Assembly: GCA_023436805.1 (NCBI GenBank)
Contig: JAEZHT010000078.1
Span: 9,766-73,765, forward strand
Source: Bacillota bacterium
GTDB lineage: Bacteria > Bacillota_I > Bacilli_A > Acholeplasmatales > UBA5453
Direction: 5' to 3'
DNA length: 64,000 bases
Both the position numbers and the translations under genes were made by a program. This document shows positions 9,896-21,306 of the stretch, one piece after another. The first letter of the stretch is position 1. Every line of letters starts with the position of its first letter. The notes under the pieces were generated by a model that saw only the letters and a list, made by a program, of their open reading frames with translations, was not told where the DNA came from and made no database searches.

Positions 9896-10735
9896 ATGTT
9901 AATTAAATACATCAACCGCATTTTATTCGCGATGATTGCTGCTATAGGGTTGTTATTGACTTATAATCTTACCGACTCTGCAGTTAGAAAAGACGGCATC
10001 CGTAAAGCAGCTACTGTTGCGCTAGAAAATGAAGATTTAGATTTCTTCGTGCCATTTAAGTATTATAATAACCAACGATTGTTTGACCAAATCATTGAAG
10101 CAGAAGATCATACATTACACATCATGGTTTATGAAGTCGTATTGGTATCACGTTCTGTAACTTCCGATGAATTTGTCTTTAGAGATGGCATATTCTTTTT
10201 GATGGAAAAGATTGAAGGCCCTTCATGGGGTGAATATTATTCCATCAATGTGATAGCTTCTAACAATCAACAACAAGAATATTTAGGATTTCAATTATTA
10301 GACTTCCCAATATTTTCAGCCATGAATCCGGATACAGCGGTCCAGTTCATCGATCGTTCTCAATTTAAGACGGGCGATATCATCATGCCCATCACCAACA
10401 TCGAGATGTATTTAGAAGGTATGGAAGACCCTTATATCTCAATTCCAGTTAATTTTACGAACGAACGGTTCAGTGTGATGGAACAAGTCGTCAATTACTA
10501 TGAAACCAATGACGAATTACCGGAAGAACCCTTCGGCAATGTATCGATTTCAACCCGTGTAGAGATTGACGCTACCCGCTGGGTGATTTTAGCATTAGCT
10601 ATTTATTTGCTCATTGTTGGTGGATTAACCGCCTTTATATTCACCTATAAAAAGAAAACATTGGGTCGTAAAAAAGCAACAATCGGTGTTGAAAAAGACA
10701 TCGAAAGATTGGGTTTAAAGAATACCAAAAAATAG
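9896..10735 (+). CDS. Hypothetical membrane protein (N- and C-terminal TM helices, basic tail)
   Basis: 279-aa ORF starting 3 nt after the nuclease stop; two hydrophobic segments. Confidence 0.7.
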   Translation: MLIKYINRILFAMIAAIGLLLTYNLTDSAVRKDGIRKAATVALENEDLDFFVPFKYYNNQRLFDQIIEAEDHTLHIMVYEVVLVSRSVTSDEFVFRDGIFFLMEKIEGPSWGEYYSINVIASNNQQQEYLGFQLLDFPIFSAMNPDTAVQFIDRSQFKTGDIIMPITNIEMYLEGMEDPYISIPVNFTNERFSVMEQVVNYYETNDELPEEPFGNVSISTRVEIDATRWVILALAIYLLIVGGLTAFIFTYKKKTLGRKKATIGVEKDIERLGLKNTKK

Positions 10736-10763
10736 CCTTGTCAAGCGATATTCTAAAAAAAAT

Positions 10764-10789
10764 AAAGCACGAAATTATCGTGCTTTTTT
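10764..10789. terminator. Bidirectional terminator between convergent genes
   Basis: AAAGCACGA/TCGTGCTTT stem flanked by A and T runs. Confidence 0.65.
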
Positions 10790-11563
10790 CTTTGGTAGTG
10801 GGATGAATATTGAAGTGACTTTTGCGTAAGCTTGGTAGGCTTCATTGTTCTTATATTTCTTTTCTAATAAAGGCACACCAGAAACGAAAACGAGTAAGTA
10901 GTTGATGAATGCTGGACCAACGATGGTAGCCCATACCCATGGGTTTCCACCTGATAATGCTACGACCCAAACTGCCCACCACATCAGTGCTTCGCCAAAA
11001 TAATTAGGATGTCTGGTGTATTTCCAAACCCCCGTCATCAAGATTTTACCTTTATTGGCCGGATTGGATTTGAATACCTTCAATTGATGATCTCCCAAGG
11101 CTTCAAAGTAGAACCCAATGAGCCATAGTACTATACCAACCACCAACACAATTAGGCTGAGTGTGGATGTTGTATAAGTTGAATCTAGATTTACAACCAT
11201 AATTGGCAACGCAATCACAAACAAGAAACTCATTTGTAACATAAAGACGATGAAGAACGCTTTGATTTTTAAATGGGTTTTCCATTTACGCTTCATATCG
11301 ACATAACGGAAGTCTTCAGGCTTATTCCAATTGCGAATACCTAAATAGAAGAATAGTCTTAAACCCCAAAGCAATACAAGTCCTGTAACCGCAAGTTGTG
11401 GGATAGTATAACTACCGCCGCTGATCAAAGCCGTGACAGCAACCACAACAAACCCCAAACCCCAAGCAACATCGGCTAGGCCATTGTTGTTTTTGATTTG
11501 TGCAATAACAAAGAATATCACAAAGAATACAAATAAAGCGAGAAATACGTGTAAGAATAACAT
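10775..11563 (-). CDS. DUF1295 family membrane protein (steroid 5-alpha-reductase-like)
   Basis: [41 protein letters not shown] motifs. Confidence 0.9.
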   Translation of the reverse strand: MLFLHVFLALFVFFVIFFVIAQIKNNNGLADVAWGLGFVVVAVTALISGGSYTIPQLAVTGLVLLWGLRLFFYLGIRNWNKPEDFRYVDMKRKWKTHLKIKAFFIVFMLQMSFLFVIALPIMVVNLDSTYTTSTLSLIVLVVGIVLWLIGFYFEALGDHQLKVFKSNPANKGKILMTGVWKYTRHPNYFGEALMWWAVWVVALSGGNPWVWATIVGPAFINYLLVFVSGVPLLEKKYKNNEAYQAYAKVTSIFIPLPKKKAR

Positions 11564-11566
11564 GAG

Positions 11567-13330
11567 TTAGTCCTTTCTTATATAAGCAACCGCTACAGTA
11601 CCAATACCGGAATTCATCGCGATGATGGTAGAAATATCAGAAACGTATAATGGCTCTATGCCGGTAATTCCCTTTAATACAGAGGCATAATAATCACAGC
11701 GTGACTGCGCATTGACATGAACCAAAGCGTACGATTGGATGCCGTATTGTTGAACCATTTCAGTGATGTGTTTAAAGATCTTTTTATCGCTCATCTTTTG
11801 ACTGAATGCTTTGTCGAAGATGATACCATTGCCTTCATCATCAATCGAGATGACAGGTTTTAAATTCATGATTTTACCCGCAATACCCACCACTTTTTTA
11901 ACGCGTCCAGAACGCACCATGTATTTAAGCGTTTTGACGCTAACCAAGATTTTGGTTTTCTTTTTAAGTTTTTCAAGATAAGCTACAACCTCATCTAACG
12001 ACTTACCTTGTTTGATTTGCTCATTGGCTTCATAGACCAGTAACCCTTCAGCAGCACTGTTTTGAATGGAGTCAACAACCGTAATCTTTTTGTCTTGGAA
12101 CAATGCTTTCGCTTGAACGAATGCGTTATAAGTTGCACTCATCTTGGAAGATACTGTAACAACCAAGATTTCATCATAATAAGTGGTTAAGAAAGAATAC
12201 AAGTTTTCAATCGATTTTGGATTAGGTGCAGCAGATTTCGGATAAGTCTTTAAGGTATCCATCATCTGATAGAAACGGTCGTTCTTGATGGTTAATTTAT
12301 CAAAGTGTGTGACCTCATTGATCATTACAGCAATATTAAACACATGGATTTGATTGTCTTCAACATACGATATTGGCAAATCAGCAATCGAATCAGTGAC
12401 CAATGCGACATTGTATTTACGATGATTGGCGACTTCGAATTGACGTTTCATATCATCGACTTTTTGGTCGACAATCGTACCAATCGGTTCAATCAATTCA
12501 AATACCTTATCTGGTGAGTTCGTATGAACGTGGACACGAATGAGTGATTCATGGCCTGCAACAACCATCGAATCACCAAGTGGATGCAGAAGTTGTCTAA
12601 CTTGATCTAGGTTCATCGCTTTGCCTTCAATCAAGACTTCTGTACAATAACGAGTTTGATCTGGACTGAAGGATTCCACATGGATGTGTGCCTCAGGTAA
12701 ATCGTTGGATTCAATCTCGATATCTTCCCCTAAAAAAGCGTTAGTAAAGCCTGTAATGAAGTGTAAATAACCCTTCGCGCCAGCATCAACCACATCGGAT
12801 GCTTTCAATACAGGGAGTTGTTCTTTGGTTTTAATGAGTTCATCTTTTAAGCCTTCAGCGGCTTTTTGTAGAACCGATAATACGTCTTTAGAGCCTTTAT
12901 GCATCGCATCCAATATTTCAGAAAACCGACGCATCAAAGTAATCATGGTCCCTTCGACGGGTTTTTCGATCGAAGCGTATGCTTTGGATGTCGCTACTTT
13001 CATCGAATGGACAAATTCTGTGAGGGGCAGAGGGTCTTGATGCACACTCGATGAAAAACCGTGGATATATTCAGCGAAAATAATCCCGGAGTTCCCACGT
13101 GCACCAAATAAGGCTGCATTTGAGATTGAGGTCAATGTTTCATGAATATTTTTACCCATCTTGGATTTAATAATGATGCTTTTCATTAAAGAAGCCAGAT
13201 TGCTACCCGTATCCCCATCAGCAACAGGGAAGACATTGATTGAATTGAGTTGATCTTTTTCTCTAATGACGTATTTAGCCCCTAAAATAAAGGACTTATA
13301 AATATGTTCATTGGTAATTTGAAATGTCAT
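11567..13330 (-). CDS. DAK2-DegV fusion (fatty acid kinase FakA-like plus FakB-like domains)
   Basis: N-terminal LNSINVFPVADGDTGSN, GARGNSG, VVDAGAKG, YCTE, VHVHT; C-terminal VTDSIADLP, SSKMSATY, RSGRV DegV motifs. Confidence 0.9.
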   Translation of the reverse strand: MTFQITNEHIYKSFILGAKYVIREKDQLNSINVFPVADGDTGSNLASLMKSIIIKSKMGKNIHETLTSISNAALFGARGNSGIIFAEYIHGFSSSVHQDPLPLTEFVHSMKVATSKAYASIEKPVEGTMITLMRRFSEILDAMHKGSKDVLSVLQKAAEGLKDELIKTKEQLPVLKASDVVDAGAKGYLHFITGFTNAFLGEDIEIESNDLPEAHIHVESFSPDQTRYCTEVLIEGKAMNLDQVRQLLHPLGDSMVVAGHESLIRVHVHTNSPDKVFELIEPIGTIVDQKVDDMKRQFEVANHRKYNVALVTDSIADLPISYVEDNQIHVFNIAVMINEVTHFDKLTIKNDRFYQMMDTLKTYPKSAAPNPKSIENLYSFLTTYYDEILVVTVSSKMSATYNAFVQAKALFQDKKITVVDSIQNSAAEGLLVYEANEQIKQGKSLDEVVAYLEKLKKKTKILVSVKTLKYMVRSGRVKKVVGIAGKIMNLKPVISIDDEGNGIIFDKAFSQKMSDKKIFKHITEMVQQYGIQSYALVHVNAQSRCDYYASVLKGITGIEPLYVSDISTIIAMNSGIGTVAVAYIRKD

Positions 13331-13339
13331 ACGAAACCT

Positions 13340-13741
13340 CTAAAATAACCAATCGTTGATGAGATAGGTCAATGTGGATGTAATAAAACCAAGGAAGGTG
13401 CCCCAAGTTAAATCAATCAACGTAATTTTTAATGTAAAGTCTCTCATGGTAGCGAGATTTGTAAGGTCATAGGTAGCGTAGGTAACCAAACCGAAGAACG
13501 CGCCAAGCATCATCGCCTTAGACAAAGAACCCGCTTCAACCGATGGGTTGATAACGAAAATGACCAAACCAAGAATAAATAACAAATAGAAGATAATAGC
13601 CGCTGCCCAATTGACATCGGGTTTCAACAACGAACCAATTTCTTTGTTGTATAAGTCTTTAGCGACTAAACCCAACCAAATCAAATCAACAACAAAGAAT
13701 ACGACAAAAGCAATCCCATAAAGCTTCAAAATCGGCAACAT
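13340..13741 (-). CDS. DUF2177 family membrane protein
   Basis: DLIWLG, FYLLF, YATYDLTNLAT, DLTWG motifs. Confidence 0.88.
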   Translation of the reverse strand: MLPILKLYGIAFVVFFVVDLIWLGLVAKDLYNKEIGSLLKPDVNWAAAIIFYLLFILGLVIFVINPSVEAGSLSKAMMLGAFFGLVTYATYDLTNLATMRDFTLKITLIDLTWGTFLGFITSTLTYLINDWLF

Positions 13742-13799
13742 ACATTTAACCTCCGTGGACGTAATTATTGTCTAAACTATGATAGACCTCTATACTTGA

Positions 13800-13808
13800 A
13801 TTATAGCA
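13800..13808 (-). promoter_or_regulatory. Extended -10 promoter for the DUF2177 operon
   Basis: TG-c-TATAAT on the minus strand. Confidence 0.55.
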
Positions 13809-13894
13809 CTTTAGTAAGATAAAGAATAAAAAGAATGCTGTAAAATCGTAAAAGTAATCAAAAAATCATATAATAAAGATACGGAGGTACCGTT

Positions 13895-15274
13895 ATGAAT
13901 CCAAAACGTATTCAAACCGTATACAGTCATCATACCAACCCGAATCCAAAATACGTGCTTTATTGGATGCAACAATCTCAGCGCATCCATTTTAATCACG
14001 CACTAGACCGTGCGATACAAATCGCTAACCAAAAACAATTACCGCTATTAATATTATTTGTTTTAACCCCAGGCTATAAAGAAGCCAATCAAAGACACTA
14101 TCAATTTATGTTAGAAGGTTTAAAGGATGTTCAAACATGGGGGACAAAACTGGGATTTAATATGGTCTTTAAAATCGGTCAACCCCAAGAAGTACTATCT
14201 CAATTCCTTGCGGATGCCTATGCTTTAATCATGGATCAAGCGTATTTAAAAATACCTTTGAAATGGCGTTATGACGTCATTCAATATGCAAAAGCAAACA
14301 ACCTTAATCTATGGATTGAAATGGTCGATACCGATTTGATTGTCCCGGTCCATGTGGCTTCTGATAAAGTAGAATATGGTGCTTATACCATTAGACCTAA
14401 ACTGCATCGACTGCTGGATGAATTCATCGATTTCAAGCAATTAACTGTGTTGAATCACCATAAAGCTTTAGGTATTACTTCTGATTTCAACTTTGACAAC
14501 TTAACGAAACTGATGGACCAATTGGGGATTGATGATTCAGTTCAACCGAATGCATCATTCAAAGGTGGCTATTTAGAAGCGATGAAACATTTGAATGAGT
14601 TCATATTGAATCGCTTACCACATTATGAGTCATCCTCAGATCCAAGTACGAATTACACCTCATTACTATCGCCATATTTACACTTTGGTCAAATATCATC
14701 TTTAGAAATTTTACAGCACTTATCATTGTTTAAATCACAAGGTAGAATAGAGGATGTGGTATATGAAGCATATATAGAACAGTTGTTTGTGAGAAGAGAA
14801 CTCGCGATCAATTATTGTTACTATAACCCAGGTTACGATGATTTTTATCGTATGACAGAACCGTGGGCTTATGAAACCATGAAGGCACACGAAAGAGACA
14901 AAAGAACATATATCTATACCCTAGAAGATTATGTTCAATATAAAACACATGACCCCTATTTTAACGCTGCGATGAAAGAAATGGTTGAGACCGGGTTCAT
15001 GCACAATTATATGAGGATGTACTGGGCTAAAAAAATCATTGAATGGAGTCCATCATTCATAGAAGCATATCAAACAACCTTATACCTAAACAACAAATAC
15101 TTCATCGATGGACGTGACCCGAATTCATATTCTGGGGTAGCCTGGTGCTATGGCAAACACGACCGCGCCTGGACAGAAAGACCCATTTTTGGGAAGTTAA
15201 GATACATGAACGACAAAGGTTTAGAACGCAAATTTGATATGCAAGGCTATATCAATAAAGTGGATTATAAATAG
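13895..15274 (+). CDS. Deoxyribodipyrimidine photolyase, class II
   Basis: VLYWMQ..QR..NHAL, LSPYLHFGQIS, MHNYMRMYWAKKIIEW, DGRDPNSY, HDRAWTERPIFGKLRYMN. Confidence 0.95.
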   Translation: MNPKRIQTVYSHHTNPNPKYVLYWMQQSQRIHFNHALDRAIQIANQKQLPLLILFVLTPGYKEANQRHYQFMLEGLKDVQTWGTKLGFNMVFKIGQPQEVLSQFLADAYALIMDQAYLKIPLKWRYDVIQYAKANNLNLWIEMVDTDLIVPVHVASDKVEYGAYTIRPKLHRLLDEFIDFKQLTVLNHHKALGITSDFNFDNLTKLMDQLGIDDSVQPNASFKGGYLEAMKHLNEFILNRLPHYESSSDPSTNYTSLLSPYLHFGQISSLEILQHLSLFKSQGRIEDVVYEAYIEQLFVRRELAINYCYYNPGYDDFYRMTEPWAYETMKAHERDKRTYIYTLEDYVQYKTHDPYFNAAMKEMVETGFMHNYMRMYWAKKIIEWSPSFIEAYQTTLYLNNKYFIDGRDPNSYSGVAWCYGKHDRAWTERPIFGKLRYMNDKGLERKFDMQGYINKVDYK

Positions 15275-15284
15275 GAGGACTGAC

Positions 15285-15767
15285 ATGGGATTGGCATTAC
15301 TGATTATAGATGTTCAAAAAGAATTTTTACAAGAACATCAAGGCACTAAAGTTTATGAAGAAACATTGATCTTTATTAACGCGACAGCCAAACTATTTAG
15401 ACAGGCAAATTTGCCAGTCATCATAGTGAAGGACATCGCAGAAGGGGATGGTCCAGCGTATGATTTTGTGGATGAACTTAAAACTGAACCCACAGACATT
15501 GAGATACAAAAAACCGAAGGCAATGCTTTTTGGAAAACCAATCTCGATGATATCTTAAAAGAAAAAAATGTGGACTATGTGGTTTTAACGGGCAACGCAG
15601 CTGAACACTGCGTGCTCGCTACTTATAATGGTGCCACAGAACGCGGGTATAGACCACTGATGTTACAACACGGTATTTTCGCAACCCATGAACGTGGATT
15701 GATGGATTTATATTGGAATAGACCTCTGGTTTCATACACAGCACTGACCTATATGGTCAAAAAATGA
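15285..15767 (+). CDS. Isochorismatase-family cysteine hydrolase
   Basis: ALLIIDVQ, K..GNAF, GNAAEHCV; start moved to ATG 15285 behind AGGAGG. Confidence 0.88.
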   Translation: MGLALLIIDVQKEFLQEHQGTKVYEETLIFINATAKLFRQANLPVIIVKDIAEGDGPAYDFVDELKTEPTDIEIQKTEGNAFWKTNLDDILKEKNVDYVVLTGNAAEHCVLATYNGATERGYRPLMLQHGIFATHERGLMDLYWNRPLVSYTALTYMVKK

Positions 15768-15796
15768 TAAAAAAGAGCGCTTGGGGGCAAAAAGCC

Positions 15797-16999
15797 TCAA
15801 GTGCTTATATTTTGGTGTGTTTTTAGACGTATATAACGGATGGTTAATAACGCAAGGATGCTACTAGAGAAAATTAAAACATAGGGATAAAATGCGATAC
15901 TGGTTCGATCGAAGAGTAAACCAGCAAGTGGCGTCATGATGCCAAAACCCATATAGCCGATTACCATTTGGAGTGAAATAATTTTAGATAATGCCTTCGA
16001 TTCGAAATGTGTATTATTGGTGAACATCATGTTTGGATAGATCGGTCCAGACCCTATCCCCAATAAACCAACCACAATGAAGTAAAATGGTTCAAATGAC
16101 ACATTAAATAAAAGAAGTATCGCTCCAGATAAGATTAAACTGACCCCCGCATAGATCAATTGATGCGGGGTGAATTTTTTAGCGAGGAAACCCGATAATA
16201 ATCGACCAATTGTTAACCCTAAGTAATATGTGGTTGCGAACAAGGCGGCAATCGATGCACTCACACCTTTTTCTATAAATATATAAGAAGCAATCCAAAC
16301 ACCCAACAAGGATTCAATATGAACATAGAACAAGAAGATGAACATTGAGTTCAAAGCCCCTTTGATTTTAAAAGCAACCTTCAGTGGGATGTGTTCGTGG
16401 TGTTCTTTTTCGACCTCGGTTTCCTTCGTCCATAATTTGAAAGATAGAAAAACCAACAGAGCTATGAATAACAAAATGCTACCTACGATGATGTAACCCA
16501 TTCGCCATGAATTGAGTTTTAAAGTATAGGCCATTATCGATGGACCCGCAGTCACACCGACACCATAGAATGAGTGTAAATAACTCATGTGTGAAGCTTT
16601 GTAGTTTTTAGCCAGATAGTGGTTTAATGAAACATCGATGGCACCGGCACCCATACCTAAGGGAATGGCGAAGAATAACATTTGATAAAATGCACTGACT
16701 TGACTTAAAAGAATTAAAGCCAACCCTGTGAATGTGATTGAAACAAATGTGATCCATTTGGTTTGAAATAGGCGTAATAATCTCGGTGCGTTATAAGTCG
16801 ACAAGATGGACATGATGTATACAACAACAGTCATTAGACCCAGTGTGCCAAGAGGTACATTCAAATCCACACGAACCAAGTTCCAAGCAGAACCTAGTAA
16901 GGCATCAGGTAGACCCAAAGCGATGAACGCGATATAAATTACTGCCAAAAGAAGAAATGCATATGTGAGTTGTTTTTTAGATTGTATCATGTGTATCAC
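15797..16999 (-). CDS. MFS transporter (FucP-like)
   Basis: About 12 TM helices; GLPDALLGSAW, GAGAID, LHSFYGVG. Confidence 0.85.
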   Translation of the reverse strand: MIHMIQSKKQLTYAFLLLAVIYIAFIALGLPDALLGSAWNLVRVDLNVPLGTLGLMTVVVYIMSILSTYNAPRLLRLFQTKWITFVSITFTGLALILLSQVSAFYQMLFFAIPLGMGAGAIDVSLNHYLAKNYKASHMSYLHSFYGVGVTAGPSIMAYTLKLNSWRMGYIIVGSILLFIALLVFLSFKLWTKETEVEKEHHEHIPLKVAFKIKGALNSMFIFLFYVHIESLLGVWIASYIFIEKGVSASIAALFATTYYLGLTIGRLLSGFLAKKFTPHQLIYAGVSLILSGAILLLFNVSFEPFYFIVVGLLGIGSGPIYPNMMFTNNTHFESKALSKIISLQMVIGYMGFGIMTPLAGLLFDRTSIAFYPYVLIFSSSILALLTIRYIRLKTHQNIST

Positions 17000-17049
17000 C
17001 TATTCAATGATAGCATAACACTAAATAAAAAGCACCCATTGGGTGCCGA

Positions 17050-17439
17050 TTATACTTTGAAATAAAAGACTTCAAAACGATGACCATCCAAATCTCTGAA
17101 TGAACGGTAATACATAAAATCATTATCAGTGGCTTGTCCAAACTCTCCGCCTTTAGCTTCCTTGACTTTAGTAAGCAACGTATCTACCGCTAACTGGCTT
17201 TCAAGTTGAAAACTGATGATGACTTCGGTTTGATTAAAACTATTGGGGGTTTCAGATAAGGTGAAACCTCTAAATTTATCTCTATTCATTACCATTAAAT
17301 AAGTCGTGTCATTAATCACGACACAAATGCCGGATTCATCTGAGTATTGTTCGTTGATTGAAAAACCAATGTGGGTAAAAAATGATCTAGATAATGTGAC
17401 ATCTTTTGTTTCTAAGTTTAAGAACGTATTGGTAACCAT
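17050..17439 (-). CDS. VOC/glyoxalase family protein
   Basis: FLNLETKD..SRSFF..IGF; FMYYRSFRDLDGHRFE. Confidence 0.85.
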   Translation of the reverse strand: MVTNTFLNLETKDVTLSRSFFTHIGFSINEQYSDESGICVVINDTTYLMVMNRDKFRGFTLSETPNSFNQTEVIISFQLESQLAVDTLLTKVKEAKGGEFGQATDNDFMYYRSFRDLDGHRFEVFYFKV

Positions 17440-17495
17440 ACAATCGCCTCCACCTTCATCATAGGCGATTTATGATGATTCACCAAAAGATATGC

Positions 17496-17531
17496 AAAAA
17501 AAGACGATGATTTTTGAGGTCATCGTCTTTT
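17496..17531 (-). terminator. Terminator of ppdK
   Basis: 12-bp stem AAAAGACGATGA/TCATCGTCTTTT with a U run on the minus strand. Confidence 0.8.
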
Positions 17532-17540
17532 AAATTGTTA

Positions 17541-20168
<2,628 letters not shown>

Positions 20169-20204
20169 TTTATCTTCCTTTCATAACGATTTTCATACAG
20201 TTAA

Positions 20205-20232
20205 ATTATAACACAACATAATAAAAAGACAA
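20205..20232 (-). promoter_or_regulatory. Sigma-A promoter of ppdK
   Basis: TTGTCT-N16-TATAAT with extended TG. Confidence 0.6.
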
Positions 20233-20363
20233 TGATTTTCACGCATGCGTTCGCACATACACACGATAAGTCACTTTATTATCCATCGGATTAGTGATAT
20301 ACTATTATAAGGCACTTAATGAGAAATCACGCCTTATATACCTAGAAAGGGCTTGAAAAAACC

Positions 20364-21305
20364 ATGTATGAAGACATTTTAGCGAAAGTGATGGGTCATC
20401 AAACCATCATCATTCATAGACACACCAAACCCGATTTTGATGCCATTGGTTCACAAGTCGGATTGAAGGAAATATTGGTTGAGAATTTCCCAAATAAACA
20501 CATATTTGTGGTAGGCGACCAAAACCGTTTTGATATGGACAACGATATGCAGACCATACCCGATGATTTATACCAAGATGCGTTGGTATTTATTCTAGAT
20601 GTGGCTGTAAAGCATATGGTATCCGATGAGCGTTATAAATTAGCGAAAGAAGTCATCGTGATTGACCACCATAAAAATGCTTGTGACATCGAAAATGCGA
20701 GCATTGTTTTATCGGATGCTTCGTTCAGCGCTTGTGCTGAACTCATCACCGATATGGCATTAGAATTGAATTTAAAGATTAACCCTAGAGCGGCATCGTT
20801 CTTGTACGCGGGCATTGTTACCGATACAGGTCGATTCCAATGGATGCATAAACCAGAACGCGTGTTCTTGATTGCTTCCATGTTGACAGGTTTAGGGGCT
20901 AAAACCACAGAACTGTATGATTTCTTATACGTTGAAACACTTGAATCCAAACAGATGAAAAATTACTTTTCGAATCGTTTTGTGTTTGAAGATGGCGTTG
21001 CATATCTTAAGAATGATCAAGAGGTCTTTGAAAAGTTTAATGTCGATGTCTTTACGGTATCGCGTGGCATGGTCAATTTAGCTGCTGGTATCGATACCAT
21101 CAAAATTTGGTTAAACTTCACATGGGATGCTGAAAAGAACATCATCTTAGGCGAATTTAGAAGTAGAGGTATCAAGATTGTTGATATCGCTAAAAAATAT
21201 GGTGGTGGTGGACATGAACAAGCGTGTGGGGCATCCCTACAAACTTGGGACCAAGTCGACCAAGTCATCCACGATTTCAAACAGTTATTAAAGGAGAACA
21301 ATTAA
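20364..21305 (+). CDS. DHH/DHHA1 phosphoesterase (NrnA-like oligoribonuclease/pAp phosphatase)
   Basis: HRHTKPDFDAIGS, IDHH, TDTGRF, GGGGHEQACGA. Confidence 0.92.
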   Translation: MYEDILAKVMGHQTIIIHRHTKPDFDAIGSQVGLKEILVENFPNKHIFVVGDQNRFDMDNDMQTIPDDLYQDALVFILDVAVKHMVSDERYKLAKEVIVIDHHKNACDIENASIVLSDASFSACAELITDMALELNLKINPRAASFLYAGIVTDTGRFQWMHKPERVFLIASMLTGLGAKTTELYDFLYVETLESKQMKNYFSNRFVFEDGVAYLKNDQEVFEKFNVDVFTVSRGMVNLAAGIDTIKIWLNFTWDAEKNIILGEFRSRGIKIVDIAKKYGGGGHEQACGASLQTWDQVDQVIHDFKQLLKENN

Positions 21306-21306
21306 T

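Noticed and set aside
13742..13894. Possible CarH/LitR-type 11-bp repeat operator in the photolyase/DUF2177 intergenic region
   Set aside because: Only one TnnACA match; no convincing periodic repeats.
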